NCBI GenBank assembly: GCA_963808235.1
Contig: CAWEEQ010000004.1
Span: 781,084 to 845,083, forward strand
Direction of reading: 5' to 3'
Origin: an uncultured delta proteobacterium
GTDB lineage: Bacteria > Desulfobacterota > Binatia > Binatales > Binataceae
DNA length: 64,000 bases
In this document: one piece after another, positions 19,469-30,419 of the stretch
Position numbering within the stretch: the first letter of the stretch is position 1
How the letters are laid out: each line of letters begins with the position of its first letter
Program-made: the position numbers and the translations under genes
The notes under the pieces: generated by a model
Databases searched by the model: none
What the model saw: the letters and a program-made list of their open reading frames with translations, nothing else
Told to the model about the DNA's origin: nothing

Positions 19469-21153
19469 TGCGTTACGGCGCCGCGTGAGGACGACGATAC
19501 CTGGTGCGCATACTTCGCCATCACGCCGCTCTTGTAGTGTGGCTCGGGTGACTTCCAGTCTTTGAGCCGCGCCTTGATCTCCGCATCGGTGAGTTCAACG
19601 TCGAGGCGGCGCTTCGCTACGTCGAACGTGATCGTGTCACCGTCGCGAAGCGCCGCGATCGGTCCGCCGACGAATGCCTCAGGCGCGATATGTCCCGCCA
19701 TCAGACCGTGCGTCGCGCCTGAAAAACGTCCGTCAGTCATCAGCGCCACCGAGTCGCCAAGTCCCTCTCCCACCAGTGCCGCCGTGACGCCGAGCATTTC
19801 CGGCATCCCGGGCGCGCCCTTGGGACCCTCGTAGCGAATCACCATCACGTCGCCGGCTTTGATCTGCCGCTTCGAGACCGCTCGGAACGCATCGTCTTCC
19901 GAGTTGAACACGCGTGCGGGCCCCCGGTGCTTCATCAGCTCGTGCCCGGCGACTTTGACCACGCATCCTTCCGGCGCAAGGTTGCCTTTCAGAATCACCA
20001 GCCCGCCGGTTTCTTTCAGGGGATTCTTGAGCGCGCGGACGACCTCTTGTCCCGCCGTTTCGCGCGCGGCGTCGGCCTCTACGCCGATCGTCTTGCCGGT
20101 GACTGTCATTTCGTTTTGATGCAGCAAACCGGCTTCCTTCAGCCGTTTCGCGACGAGCGGAATTCCACCCGCCTTGTACATGTCGGTGGCCATGAAGCGG
20201 CCGCCCGGCTTCAGGTCGGCGAGCAGCGGAGTGCGCGAGCTGATGCGATCGAAATCGTCGATATCCAGCGCGATTCCCGCTTCCGTCGCAATCGCGAGAA
20301 GGTGCAGCACCGCATTGGTCGAGCCGCCGGTCATCGCGACCGCCGCGATCGCATTCTCAATCGCCTTCTTGGTGATTATCTGGCTCGGCCGCAAGTTCCT
20401 CTTCAGCAAATCGACCGCGAGTCGCCCGGCATCGAACGCGCTCTCAGGCTTTTTCGGATCGGTCGCCGGGATACTGTTCGACCCCATCGGTGAGATGCCG
20501 AGAAGTTCAGTCGCAGTCGCCATCGTGTTGGCCGTGAACTGGCCGCCGCATGCGCCAACTCCCGGACACGCAACGTCTTCGAGGCGCTTCAGATCCTCGA
20601 GCTTCATCTTGCCGGCCGAATGCGCGCCGACCGCCTCGAACACATCCTGAATCGAAACGTCCTGATCGCCGAAGCGTCCCGGCTGAATCGATCCGCCGTA
20701 GATCATCAGCGAGGGCAGGTCGAGTCGGAGCAGTGCCATCACCGTCGCGGGGATTGTTTTGTCGCACCCCGACATCGCAACGACGCCGTCGAACAGATGC
20801 CCTCGCACAGTGAGTTCGATCGAGTCCGCGATTACCTCGCGGCTGATCAGCGACGCACGCATTCCATGGGTGCCCATCGAGATTCCGTCGCAAACCGCAA
20901 TCGTGTTGAACTCTATCGGCGTCGCGCCGGCGTCGCGAATTCCGCGTTTCACGTGCTCGGCCAAATCGCGCAGATGCGCGGTGCATGGCATGATCTCGAT
21001 CCACGTATGGGCGACGCCTATGAGCGGCTTGCTCAAGTCCTCGTCGGTGAAGCCGACCGCTTTGAACATCGCTCGCGCAGGCGCCCGCGAGGGTCCATCG
21101 ACCAGGATGCTGCTATTTGATCTCAGCGAATGGTTGTTGTCGTGGTCTGCCAT
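19465..21153 (-). CDS. ilvD: dihydroxy-acid dehydratase (IlvD/EDD family, short form)
   Basis: [16 protein letters not shown] and other IlvD/EDD signatures. Start chosen at MADHDNNH; the ORF track extends 42 codons upstream. Confidence 0.8.
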   Translation of the reverse strand: MADHDNNHSLRSNSSILVDGPSRAPARAMFKAVGFTDEDLSKPLIGVAHTWIEIMPCTAHLRDLAEHVKRGIRDAGATPIEFNTIAVCDGISMGTHGMRASLISREVIADSIELTVRGHLFDGVVAMSGCDKTIPATVMALLRLDLPSLMIYGGSIQPGRFGDQDVSIQDVFEAVGAHSAGKMKLEDLKRLEDVACPGVGACGGQFTANTMATATELLGISPMGSNSIPATDPKKPESAFDAGRLAVDLLKRNLRPSQIITKKAIENAIAAVAMTGGSTNAVLHLLAIATEAGIALDIDDFDRISSRTPLLADLKPGGRFMATDMYKAGGIPLVAKRLKEAGLLHQNEMTVTGKTIGVEADAARETAGQEVVRALKNPLKETGGLVILKGNLAPEGCVVKVAGHELMKHRGPARVFNSEDDAFRAVSKRQIKAGDVMVIRYEGPKGAPGMPEMLGVTAALVGEGLGDSVALMTDGRFSGATHGLMAGHIAPEAFVGGPIAALRDGDTITFDVAKRRLDVELTDAEIKARLKDWKSPEPHYKSGVMAKYAHQVSSSSRGAVTH

Positions 21154-21224
21154 CCTTGCATTTGTATAACAGCGCGCGCTTTCGCGAAATCCCGGCAGAG
21201 GCCAGCCCCTGTCGCGCTTGCCGA

Positions 21225-21698
21225 TCAGCCCTTTGCGGCGAGGTTGTTGCGCAGTCGCGCCTTGCTCTCCGGCGACCACACCTTATCGATGCTATAAGCG
21301 GTTTCGAACGCGCGCGCTCCCTCTGGGAGCCGCAGCCAGGGCACTTTGCTGCGGGTGAAGATGTGCACGTCGGGAGTGACGGCGTCGGGCGTGTCGAGTG
21401 TCCCAGCGCGAACGAAAAGCGCATCGCCGGGCGCGACGTGATAGCGGCTCCATACGTAGGTGCCGCAGTTGTCGCAGAAGAACACCTCGTGATCCTTTCC
21501 GGTGCCGCCCTTGAGCGTGAACGACTTCGGAGTCGCGCCCGTTCTTTCCACGAACTTGCTCTCGATCCATATGTTGATCACAAAGCCGCTGCCGGTAACA
21601 CGCTGACAATCACGGCAGTGACAGGCGTGCACAATCAGCGGGCTCGAGGTCAATTTGTATCGGATCGATCCGCAAGAACATCCACCTTCCAGATTCAT
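21225..21698 (-). CDS. GFA (glutathione-dependent formaldehyde-activating / CENP-V-like) family protein
   Basis: Cys-rich motifs [23 protein letters not shown]. Confidence 0.7.
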   Translation of the reverse strand: MNLEGGCSCGSIRYKLTSSPLIVHACHCRDCQRVTGSGFVINIWIESKFVERTGATPKSFTLKGGTGKDHEVFFCDNCGTYVWSRYHVAPGDALFVRAGTLDTPDAVTPDVHIFTRSKVPWLRLPEGARAFETAYSIDKVWSPESKARLRNNLAAKG

Positions 21699-21770
21699 AA
21701 GAAATCTCCGTATGAGGAAAAAGATTGCCCCGATCGGATGCGCACCGATCGGGGCAGCGCCGTGCGTTAG

Positions 21771-22133
21771 CTATTCTTCCTGATGGCAGACGGCCTCGAT
21801 GTTGTTGCCGTCGGGATCCTTCACGAAACCGCCGTAGTAGTTGGCGTGATACTGGGGCCTGAGGCCGGGCTCTCCATTGTCCTTGCCGCCGGCGGGCAGA
21901 GCCGCGCCATAGAATTTCCTGACACTGGCCCGGTCTTTCGCCGTGAATGCGACATGCACGGATCCCTTTGACTCACCCTTGCTCAGCCATAGGGCAGGTG
22001 CGTCTTTGGGTCCGAAGCCGACCACGCCGTCGTCCTCGTACTGGACGCTGAAGCCCAGGGGAGCCAAAGCGGCCGTGTAGAAACGCTTGCTCGCATTGAT
22101 GTCCTTCACCTTCAACATGATGTGATCAAACAT
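21771..22133 (-). CDS. VOC family protein (glyoxalase/bleomycin-resistance fold)
   Basis: 120 aa. HIMLKVKD..FY and a second half with HVAF. Typical VOC size. Confidence 0.65.
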   Translation of the reverse strand: MFDHIMLKVKDINASKRFYTAALAPLGFSVQYEDDGVVGFGPKDAPALWLSKGESKGSVHVAFTAKDRASVRKFYGAALPAGGKDNGEPGLRPQYHANYYGGFVKDPDGNNIEAVCHQEE

Positions 22134-22181
22134 AACTCTCTCCTTCTCCTTGAATTTTTCGTTCGCAGATCGTTTCTGGTT

Positions 22182-22436
22182 TCAGTGCTGTCCGCGCCAT
22201 GCAGGCATGTCAGCCAGCAGATCGCGCGCGAGACGCTTCGCCGCTTCCGGCGTCACTCCCTGGCTCTGCTCGTAGATGCGCGCGTTGCAGTCGAGCACCT
22301 GCTCGTATGGCAGCAGCTCGCCCCGCGCATCGGTGCAGTAGCTGCAGTAGGGACGGGTCACGTCACCGAGCGCGAAGTCCTCGGGCTTCTCCATAGGCAT
22401 TCCACATGAACCACACGAGATACATTTTTCGGCCAT
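22182..22436 (-). CDS. small zinc-ribbon domain protein, hypothetical
   Basis: 84 aa with CxxC..C / CSYC motifs. Confidence 0.45.
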   Translation of the reverse strand: MAEKCISCGSCGMPMEKPEDFALGDVTRPYCSYCTDARGELLPYEQVLDCNARIYEQSQGVTPEAAKRLARDLLADMPAWRGQH

Positions 22437-22451
22437 ATCGTTGCCTCCTTT

Positions 22452-23039
22452 TCAGGGTTTCACCAGCGTCATAAAATGCTGCACCAGAGCCTCTCCATGT
22501 TCCGCGATCACCGAGCCTCCGTTCGCGAACATGTCTCGATTCACCAGGTAATGATGGACCAGGCCGATCCACGTGTTGAACAGCAGCGGCCGCTCAATCT
22601 TGCGCGCGCGGCCGAGTTTGCGTTCCCGCTCCAGCGCCATAAAGAGCCGTTGCGAAATGGCCGCATGAAGCATCAGCAAGGTGCTGCGCACCTTTGGCGG
22701 CAGCATCGGCGCTTCGATCACCAGGCGCGAGTAGAAGGGCTCGAACTCGGCGAGCACCTTAAGATGCGCTCGCAGCACCGCCCGCAGTCCAAGATCCTTT
22801 TCGAGGACCTGGCGAAACTCGACTTGCAGCCGGCGCCCGAACTCGTCGATCACGGCGATCACCAGGTCGTCGCGCTTGGGGAAATGAACGAACACGTTGC
22901 CGTGCGACATGCGGATCGACCTGGCGATGTCGGCGGTGGTGGTCTCGGCGATTCCGTTGCGCGCAAATAGCGCCATCGCCGCGTTGACCAGCCGTCCTCG
23001 GGTCGCAACCTTCTGTTCTTGCCGGGTCGCCGCCTGCAT
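22452..23039 (-). CDS. TetR/AcrR family transcriptional regulator
   Basis: N-terminal HTH (LFARNGIAETTTADIARSIRMSHGNVFVHF). Confidence 0.8.
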   Translation of the reverse strand: MQAATRQEQKVATRGRLVNAAMALFARNGIAETTTADIARSIRMSHGNVFVHFPKRDDLVIAVIDEFGRRLQVEFRQVLEKDLGLRAVLRAHLKVLAEFEPFYSRLVIEAPMLPPKVRSTLLMLHAAISQRLFMALERERKLGRARKIERPLLFNTWIGLVHHYLVNRDMFANGGSVIAEHGEALVQHFMTLVKP

Positions 23040-23200
23040 CTTCCTTCCCCGGAATAACTGAGTGAAGACTCAGTGAGTCCATACTCACCATACGAGCCGG
23101 GCGCTTCTATGTCAAGGGGTCAAACGCCGCCATCCTTTGAGCATTCAGATGATGCTGTTAGAATCTGCCCGACTCGAATGATTTGCTGTCGCAGAACGGC

Positions 23201-23277
23201 GCCCCCTTAGCTCAGATGGATAGAGCACAGGATTCCTAATCCTGGGGCCGTGGGTTCGAATCCCGCAGGGGGCACCA
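23201..23277 (+). tRNA. tRNA-Arg (anticodon CCT)
   Basis: Acceptor GCCCCCT/AGGGGGC, T8A9, D-arm GCTC-AGATGGATA-GAGC, anticodon stem CAGGA/TCCTG with loop TTCCTAA, T-loop TTCGAAT, CCA encoded. Confidence 0.85.
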
Positions 23278-23304
23278 GGTTTTTCGCGACAGCAGGCAGC
23301 GGCG

Positions 23305-23757
23305 TTAAACAGACCCCGCCGGCGCAACCGTTCCGCGTATTACCAGCACCGGGCAGGCAGCTTCCCGAATGACATGCTCAGTGACGCTTCCCAGAACGAA
23401 ATGTCCGAGGCCCTTGCGCCCATGCGTAGCCATCACGATCAAGTCCACGCCGAGCTCCTGAGCAGCCCGCACGATATCAGTATCAGGCACGCCCGTTCTG
23501 ACATCGATCACATATTTCACAGCGGCCTTCACGGTCTTTCGGACTATTCGCGCGAGCCTCGCTTTCGCTTCCTTCTCCCACCGTGGCTCGGCGTCAAATG
23601 GTAGTGGCACGTCCATATCCTGGGTAGGCACTCTGGCAATGTGCAGTATGTAGAGAGTGGCATTGCTTTCTTTTGCGAGCGAGGTCGCCAAAGACAACGC
23701 AACGGTCGTATTTTCATCGAATTCGAAGGCACATAATATCTTGCTGTAATTCAGCAT
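23305..23757 (-). CDS. universal stress protein (UspA family)
   Basis: 150 aa. C-terminal ATP-binding motif VMATHGRKGLGHFVLGSV. Confidence 0.8.
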   Translation of the reverse strand: MLNYSKILCAFEFDENTTVALSLATSLAKESNATLYILHIARVPTQDMDVPLPFDAEPRWEKEAKARLARIVRKTVKAAVKYVIDVRTGVPDTDIVRAAQELGVDLIVMATHGRKGLGHFVLGSVTEHVIREAACPVLVIRGTVAPAGSV

Positions 23758-23792
23758 AGGTTCGGATTCGCCATTCCGGGCGGAAGCCGCCG

Positions 23793-25325
23793 CTAGAATT
23801 CCGCGAGCGATCGACCGGCCGCTCTATCGACCGCTGCCTTGGTCATGGAAAATCCGTAGAGGGCATCGGCGTACGCAGCATCGTCAAAAGTGTAGCTGCG
23901 CTGCGCATCTTCCAGTTCGATAATGCTTGTCAGGCCTGCTTCATAGCGCTTCTCCGCGAGTTCCAGTTCCGCATGTGAAGCAGCAAGCGTCCTTTCCGCG
24001 CGGGAGATGCGCTGAAGAGAAGCCTGCCAATTGAGAAACGCAGTACGGACCTGCAAGTTTATTTCTTGCCGCAGATCTTCGATCGCGCGCAGGATCGCGT
24101 GTTGCCGAAACCTCGTCTCCGCAATCTGGTCGGTAGTTAGAAAGCTGTTGAAGATTGGCCATGTGATCACGATCCCGACATTGAAATTATTCGCGGCAGG
24201 AGTTCCGGTCCCGAGCGCTGAGTAACCGCCCACCGCACTGGCGGTGGGATAGTAGTCACTCTGATACTCGACGATTTTCGCACCCATGGCTTTCGCCTGA
24301 TCCTGCAGCGCCTTCAAATCCGGTCTGGTTCGAAAAGCCGCGTCAAGCAACCCATTTAATGAGTCGTTGATCGGATGGTAGGTCAGGATGTCTGCTGGTT
24401 CAAACGCGGGTGCCGAGTCACTGAGACCCAGAGCATTGTCCAGCGCAACCTTTGCGTCTTCGTCATCATTACGGGCGTCGACGAGATGCAATTGAGCTCG
24501 CTCAACTTCGGCTTGCGTAACATAAGTATCGAGCTGTGGGCGCAGACCGGCGTTAGCCTTAACCTGAGCCTCGTGCAGATGATATTGACGCTGCTCCAGT
24601 GCCTTCTCGTAAACCTCGATCAGTCGTTTCGCTTGCAGCAACGCGAAGTATCGTTGCGAGACCTCGAAGATCAAATCAAGCTCAGTGAGCTGCTGATCGG
24701 CAGCCACGGCAGCAGCTTCAAACTGTCGCTCCGAAACAAATCCATGTCGGCGGCCGAAATCGACAAGAAACTGGGAGAGGCTCACGCCTCCCATGTAGTT
24801 ATTGCTGGTGTCCCAACCTTGCGAAGTATCATTCGCCGGGAGGTTGTGATTGGTTCCACTTATTCGCGGAAACGCTCCGTCCGGATTGTAGTAGCTCGCA
24901 TTGCCGATGCCATTGTCGGTGCTGCGCAAATATTGCGCGGCACCAAATAGTTGCGGACCCAGGTACGATCGCGCCTGGCCGATTTGCTCCTGAGCGGCGC
25001 TGGTGTTGTCCGCCGCTTCCTGGAGTCTCGGGTGATATTTCAGAGCGATCGCGATTGCTTCCTTGAGTGTCAATTGCGAGCCCGGCAGAATTGGTCCGGC
25101 GCTTGAGCCGGTCGGCTCGGATCGGGCCGTTTGGCTGGAAGTTGACGAGTTGATAGTTGACGCCGTCCCTAGCGACCAGCTGGTTCCTGGCCCCGGCGTT
25201 CCCGTAGCCGACGCCGCAGTTTGCGTTTCACCGAGTAGTACCTCCGCGGGGCCCGCGGCGTTAGCGACGCCATGAGCTGAGAGAAGGAGGTATGCGACAA
25301 GAAGCAGGATTCGCGAAGATTCCAT
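23793..25325 (-). CDS. TolC family outer membrane efflux protein
   Basis: Signal peptide. Two repeated coiled-coil/beta-barrel halves typical of the OEP family. Downstream of the MFP and RND genes. Confidence 0.75.
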   Translation of the reverse strand: MESSRILLLVAYLLLSAHGVANAAGPAEVLLGETQTAASATGTPGPGTSWSLGTASTINSSTSSQTARSEPTGSSAGPILPGSQLTLKEAIAIALKYHPRLQEAADNTSAAQEQIGQARSYLGPQLFGAAQYLRSTDNGIGNASYYNPDGAFPRISGTNHNLPANDTSQGWDTSNNYMGGVSLSQFLVDFGRRHGFVSERQFEAAAVAADQQLTELDLIFEVSQRYFALLQAKRLIEVYEKALEQRQYHLHEAQVKANAGLRPQLDTYVTQAEVERAQLHLVDARNDDEDAKVALDNALGLSDSAPAFEPADILTYHPINDSLNGLLDAAFRTRPDLKALQDQAKAMGAKIVEYQSDYYPTASAVGGYSALGTGTPAANNFNVGIVITWPIFNSFLTTDQIAETRFRQHAILRAIEDLRQEINLQVRTAFLNWQASLQRISRAERTLAASHAELELAEKRYEAGLTSIIELEDAQRSYTFDDAAYADALYGFSMTKAAVDRAAGRSLAEF

Positions 25326-25385
25326 TGTTAGCTCACCCGCCTGTTCGGCGATCTATTTCGTGTTGACCCCCTTGGCTAGTTCAGA

Positions 25386-26594
25386 TCAGTCGGAGCTTTG
25401 AACTGGCGCCGACTTAGTCTGCACATCCCGGTTCTCTATCCTACAATCAACTGGGACTCCCGGAGTGAGAGTGCTGCTATAGGTCGTCACTACCAGCGAC
25501 TTCGCCGACACCCCCGAGGTTACCTCTACATAAGCGCCGTTGTTGATCCCCGTTTTAGCCGGAACTTCGGCAAGACGGCCGTTGTCTACAATCAATAGGC
25601 GCGCTGAGCCTCCCGATCCCTGAATCGCTGAGGCCGGTACACTCAGAGCGTCAGGATGCCGGATCAGTTCGATGCTGACGTGCGCATAGCTTCTCGGATA
25701 GATCAGGCGGTTCGGATTATCTATGTCGACCTCAGTCAGCATTGTGCGAGTTGCGAGATCGAGCGACGACGCATACCTGGCGACGATGCCATTGAAGACT
25801 CGGCCAGGAAATTCGTCGAAGTGCAGCATCGCCGGGGTGCCACGATGGATGAACGGATATGAAGCCTCCGGAACGTAGATATAGACTCGTAATTTATCTA
25901 TGTCGGCGAGCGTCAGGATCGGGCCGCCACCCTCGCGATGCCCTCCGGCGCCCTCAGTAGCTCCTGGGGAAATCAACCCCGAGGTTTCGTCAACTCCAAG
26001 GTCACCGCCGCCGGCGCGGATCAGAGCCCCGGGATCGGCGAATCGCCCAGTGATTACTCCATCGAAGGGCGCGATGATTTTTGTATATGAGAACATAGTC
26101 TGCAGGGTTGCAACCGCGGCTTGAGCCTCACGATACTTGGCATAAGCCATGTCGACGTCTTGCTGCGATATCAGCCGTGAGTCACTCTGCTGGACCTTCT
26201 TCAAACGATCATAAGTTATGCGCTCGATTTCGAGGCTAGCCTGCGAGCGCGTTAGGTTCGATTGCAGTTCCGGTACTTCGATTTCGGCCAGCACCTGACC
26301 GGTCTTGACCGAGTCGCCCTTGTCCACGCTGATACTCTTCAAGTATCCGGTGACTTTCGAATGAAGAGCAGCCTCGTAGAAGCCCACAACGTCGCCTGGG
26401 AGTTCGATACTTTTGTCTATTTCTCCACGGCGTGGATATACAACGTTCACTATCGGTCGTTGAGTCGTAGTCATGGGCGTGACAGGCGTGTCGCAGCCGC
26501 TCGTGCATAAAACGACGATCGATAAGATAGTCGTTACTGCCCAGCCTAAACCCCTCACTGTCGTTTGCTCCCCGGGAACTAGTAGCATGGACAT
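25386..26594 (-). CDS. efflux RND transporter periplasmic adaptor (membrane fusion protein)
   Basis: Lipobox/TM N-terminus. Biotinyl-lipoyl-like hairpin (GDSVKTGQVLAEIE), coiled coil, beta-barrel. Confidence 0.8.
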   Translation of the reverse strand: MSMLLVPGEQTTVRGLGWAVTTILSIVVLCTSGCDTPVTPMTTTQRPIVNVVYPRRGEIDKSIELPGDVVGFYEAALHSKVTGYLKSISVDKGDSVKTGQVLAEIEVPELQSNLTRSQASLEIERITYDRLKKVQQSDSRLISQQDVDMAYAKYREAQAAVATLQTMFSYTKIIAPFDGVITGRFADPGALIRAGGGDLGVDETSGLISPGATEGAGGHREGGGPILTLADIDKLRVYIYVPEASYPFIHRGTPAMLHFDEFPGRVFNGIVARYASSLDLATRTMLTEVDIDNPNRLIYPRSYAHVSIELIRHPDALSVPASAIQGSGGSARLLIVDNGRLAEVPAKTGINNGAYVEVTSGVSAKSLVVTTYSSTLTPGVPVDCRIENRDVQTKSAPVQSSD

Positions 26595-29500
26595 CAGCCT
26601 CGGTCCTCATTCGGCGTCTGCACGGCCGCTGCCCGTTCGATCCGCCGATAGAAGAACTCGTAAATGCAAGGGACGAGAAACAATGTAAGTACGGTGGACA
26701 CCGCAAGACCGCCCACCGCGGCCCTTGCCAGGGGAGCCGAAGCTTCTGATCCCTCGCCGAGCTTCAACGCGATCGGCATAAGACCAGCCACCGTGGCCAA
26801 GGCGGTCATCAGGATTGGCCGCATTCTTATGCGGGCGGAATCGATCGCCGCGCGTCTTAGCTCATGTCCCTGGCGGCGTCGTTCATTGGCGAAGTCGACG
26901 AGCAAAATCGAATTCGACACAACGATACCGACCATCACGATGATCCCCATGAACGATTCTATGTTGAGTGTGGTTCCTGTCGCCCACAACGTCCAGATGA
27001 CGCCTATCAATCCCATCGGGACCGCGAACATGATGATGAAGGGGTCCAGGAAAGACCGAAATTGAGCCACCATCACCAGGTAAAGTAGAACGACCGCCAG
27101 CGAGAGACCGAAGCCGAAGCTCGAGAAAGATTTCTGCATCGAGCTTACGGCGCCGCGGTACCTGACGGAGACGCCCGGAGGGAGAGTCATCTTGCTCACC
27201 TCGCGCTGGATTTTCTCCTGCGTGCCACCCAGATCCTGGGTGCTGGGTGCGACGAGCAGATCGACAATCCGCTGAATGCTGTAATGATCTGCTTCGGAAG
27301 GGTGGGATTCGGGAGCAATAGACGCCACATCACGCAGCAAAAGGCTCTGCGCGTGTCCCGTTTCCTTGTTCACAGTCTCGATAGGGATGTTTTGCAGCAC
27401 CTCCAGAGAATCAAAGCCATTCTGGGCGCCTAGGTACTGCACCGTCAGAAAGTAGTCGTCCTTGTTTGCGCGATCGATCCAGATCGATGGTTTAATGTAC
27501 AGGTTTGAATCGAGCGCGGTGATGACGTTCTGAATGACTTCCTGCTGCGCTACGCCCAAACGCGCCGCTCTCACGCGGTCGACCTTGATGTTTAGTGTCG
27601 GATAGTCCAATTCCTGGGCGATGAAGCTCTGCGAAACTTGAGAGAGGGCGTTGATTCTCGCTTGAAGTTCCTTCGCCGCATTATGCAACTCGGTAAAGCT
27701 ACTACCGGCAAATTCGACATCGATGGGAGCTATCTTCCCGAGATTGAGAACGGAGTCGATTATGCTGCCTGAGGAAAACAGGGTACGGGCGTTCGGCAGT
27801 TGTATAGGGAGCAGTTGCTTCAACCGGGCTACATAGTATTGGGTCGGATGTCGGTGACCGGACTTGAGCGCCACCTGCATGAAACCTGAATCCTGGGCCG
27901 AGTTAGGCGAGTAAATCGCCGATATGCTGGGGGCAATTCCGATATTCGAAACGACCATGTCGAGCTCGTCCGGCGGAATCACCTTTCTGACAAGGTCTTC
28001 GATTCGACGCGCCATATCGGTGGTCAGTTCAATACGAGTACCGGCTGGCGCGCGAAAATTGATCGTGAACATTCCCGCATCGGTCTCCGGAAACAACTCG
28101 GTACCGAGACGTGGATACATCGCGAGACTTACGACGAACAGAATCGTAACCCCCACGATGACCACAGACTTGTGGTCCAGCGCATTTTCAAGAAGACGCT
28201 CGTAAGCGGAGGCAAAGCGCTCATACGCGCGATTGAAGATCGCGAACACCCCGGAAGATTCGCCGTGCTCCGCCGCGAGCGCCTGTTCGCGGGTGAGAAA
28301 ACGAGCACAGTAGATCGGTATTACGCTCATCGCGACCAGATACGACGCGGCCATCGATAGCACCACCGCCAGCGCCAGCGCACTAAACAGGTACTTCGAG
28401 ACTCCAAACAGAAACATGACCGGGAAGAAGACGATGCAGGTGGTAACGGTCGACGCCAGAACCGGTAGCGCGACCTCCTCGGCCCCATCACGTGCTGCAG
28501 CGTGCGGTTCCTTGCCTTCGGCAAGATGACGGTTGATGTTCTCGAGGACAACCACCGAGTCATCGACTAGTCGGCCGATCGCAAGCGCGAAGCCTCCAAG
28601 GGTCATGATGTTCAGCGTCGAGCCATTGAAGTATAGACCGAATGCCCCTGCCAGAATGGAAAGTGGAATCGAAAGAAAAATCGCAAAGGTCGATCGGAAG
28701 CTGCCGAGAAATATAAGAATCATGAGCGAGGCCAGAACTGCACCGGATATGGCCTCATGTTCGAGACTATCTACCGCCTGTCTGACGTAGATGGACTGGT
28801 CTAGTATGGTCTTCAGTTTCATCCCGGCTGGCAGGCCGAAAACGTTTGGAATCAGTTGCTTGACGCCATCCACCACCGAAATGGTATTGGCGCCGGCTTG
28901 GCGAAGAACCGGGATGTATACCGACGGTTGCCCGTTAATCAGCACCGTATTGTATTGAATCTGAGCAGAGTCTGTGACCTTACCGACATCATCCATCAGC
29001 ACGGGGGCCTGACCACGTCCTATCTTCACTGGCACCTGGTTAATATCGGGCACCTTTTCGATCAAGCTGTTCGAATAGATGTAGTAATCCTTGGATCCGA
29101 TCTTGACGTCGCCTGCGGGCAAGATGACGTTGGACGTGTCGAGCGCACTGACAACGTCCATTAGCGACAGGCCACGCGCTTGCAGCGCTTGCGGATTTGC
29201 GTATGCCATCACCTGTCGAAACTTGCCGCCGAAGGGAATCGGTACCGACGCGCCCGGCACCGTCGCCAGCTGATTGCGAACGTTGTAGCGGGCTTGATCC
29301 TCGAGTTGCGTCTCGTTGTAACCTTTACCTCCGAGCGTGACCAACACCACCGGCAGAGATGATGCGTCGTACTGCAGCACCAGCGGCGGGAGCGTCCCCG
29401 GCGGCAGAACCCCGAGATCGGCCTCCGCCAAGGTTCCCATCTGCGCGGCGGCAGCCGCAACGTCGGTGCCCGGCTGAAAGAACACTTTGATGATGCTCAC

Positions 29501-29755
29501 ACCCGACAGCGAACGCGACTCGATATGCTCAATGTTGCTGCCCAACGTAAAGAATCGCTCGTAGCGAAAGGTGATGTTGTCTTCCATGTCGAGCGGCGGC
29601 ATGCCCTGGTAAAAGGTAGCCACCACAACCGCTGGGATTTTAATGTCCGGAAAGATGTCCACCGGCATCTGCGTAAACGCCGTTGCACCCAGAATCACGA
29701 TGATCAGCGCTCCGACAATGATTAGGTACGGATTGCGCAGCGAGAAACTTGGCAC
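26594..29755 (-). CDS. efflux RND transporter permease (AcrB/CzcA superfamily)
   Basis: 1053 aa, 12 TM with two large periplasmic loops. Adjacent to the MFP gene (1-nt overlap). Confidence 0.85.
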   Translation of the reverse strand: MPSFSLRNPYLIIVGALIIVILGATAFTQMPVDIFPDIKIPAVVVATFYQGMPPLDMEDNITFRYERFFTLGSNIEHIESRSLSGVSIIKVFFQPGTDVAAAAAQMGTLAEADLGVLPPGTLPPLVLQYDASSLPVVLVTLGGKGYNETQLEDQARYNVRNQLATVPGASVPIPFGGKFRQVMAYANPQALQARGLSLMDVVSALDTSNVILPAGDVKIGSKDYYIYSNSLIEKVPDINQVPVKIGRGQAPVLMDDVGKVTDSAQIQYNTVLINGQPSVYIPVLRQAGANTISVVDGVKQLIPNVFGLPAGMKLKTILDQSIYVRQAVDSLEHEAISGAVLASLMILIFLGSFRSTFAIFLSIPLSILAGAFGLYFNGSTLNIMTLGGFALAIGRLVDDSVVVLENINRHLAEGKEPHAAARDGAEEVALPVLASTVTTCIVFFPVMFLFGVSKYLFSALALAVVLSMAASYLVAMSVIPIYCARFLTREQALAAEHGESSGVFAIFNRAYERFASAYERLLENALDHKSVVIVGVTILFVVSLAMYPRLGTELFPETDAGMFTINFRAPAGTRIELTTDMARRIEDLVRKVIPPDELDMVVSNIGIAPSISAIYSPNSAQDSGFMQVALKSGHRHPTQYYVARLKQLLPIQLPNARTLFSSGSIIDSVLNLGKIAPIDVEFAGSSFTELHNAAKELQARINALSQVSQSFIAQELDYPTLNIKVDRVRAARLGVAQQEVIQNVITALDSNLYIKPSIWIDRANKDDYFLTVQYLGAQNGFDSLEVLQNIPIETVNKETGHAQSLLLRDVASIAPESHPSEADHYSIQRIVDLLVAPSTQDLGGTQEKIQREVSKMTLPPGVSVRYRGAVSSMQKSFSSFGFGLSLAVVLLYLVMVAQFRSFLDPFIIMFAVPMGLIGVIWTLWATGTTLNIESFMGIIVMVGIVVSNSILLVDFANERRRQGHELRRAAIDSARIRMRPILMTALATVAGLMPIALKLGEGSEASAPLARAAVGGLAVSTVLTLFLVPCIYEFFYRRIERAAAVQTPNEDRG

Positions 29756-30419
29756 GATGCAAACTCCCTGTCACCGGCGAAGTGATTACGCCGGTGGACT
29801 TTGACTTGACTATAACCGCCCGCGAATATCGGGCGCGTGTTAGCGAATCTGAAGTTTGCTTACAGCGGGTCTTGGCTTTCCGCGCGCGAGGGGAGCAATT
29901 TGAATCGTCTTATGAATGGCTGTACGGAAGGAGTCGCGAATCTGAACCTCGGTAAGGGCCTCACGGCCAGGTTGTCCGATACCGACGTCAAGTACTTCGG
30001 GAATGAAACATCAAGCGCTTGAGAGCCGGAATCGAGGTCGGGCTGACTTGACGAGGCCTTGGTGAATCTCTGTGCACCGCTAAGCCTATTCTGCTCGCAC
30101 GATCCGCAAGACACGCGAAAGTGTGGAACCTGCAATCGAGGGGTGAAGGCCACGATGCTCGTCACGATGAGAACCGCGGCAACCAGTTGCAGATGTAGAC
30201 GAGAAAACATTACTCCGACGCTCATCTTATCGTTCCGCATTTTCGAATGCAAAGCGGAAGAATCTTTCCGCGTCTCGCGAAGATTTCCGCATTCGGCAGA
30301 CAACGTTTATTGCAGTCTGCCCTCTCGTTCAATCACGCCAGGAGCAGGTGCCAACTTTGCGGCGTATGATGTATACGTCGTGAAGCTTTTCAGAGACGCG
30401 AGTCCGAGCGCTGGGCCGG

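Noticed and set aside
23145-23327. 60-aa minus-strand ORF overlapping tRNA-Arg(CCT)
   Set aside because: Overlaps a confidently folded tRNA gene. No coding features.
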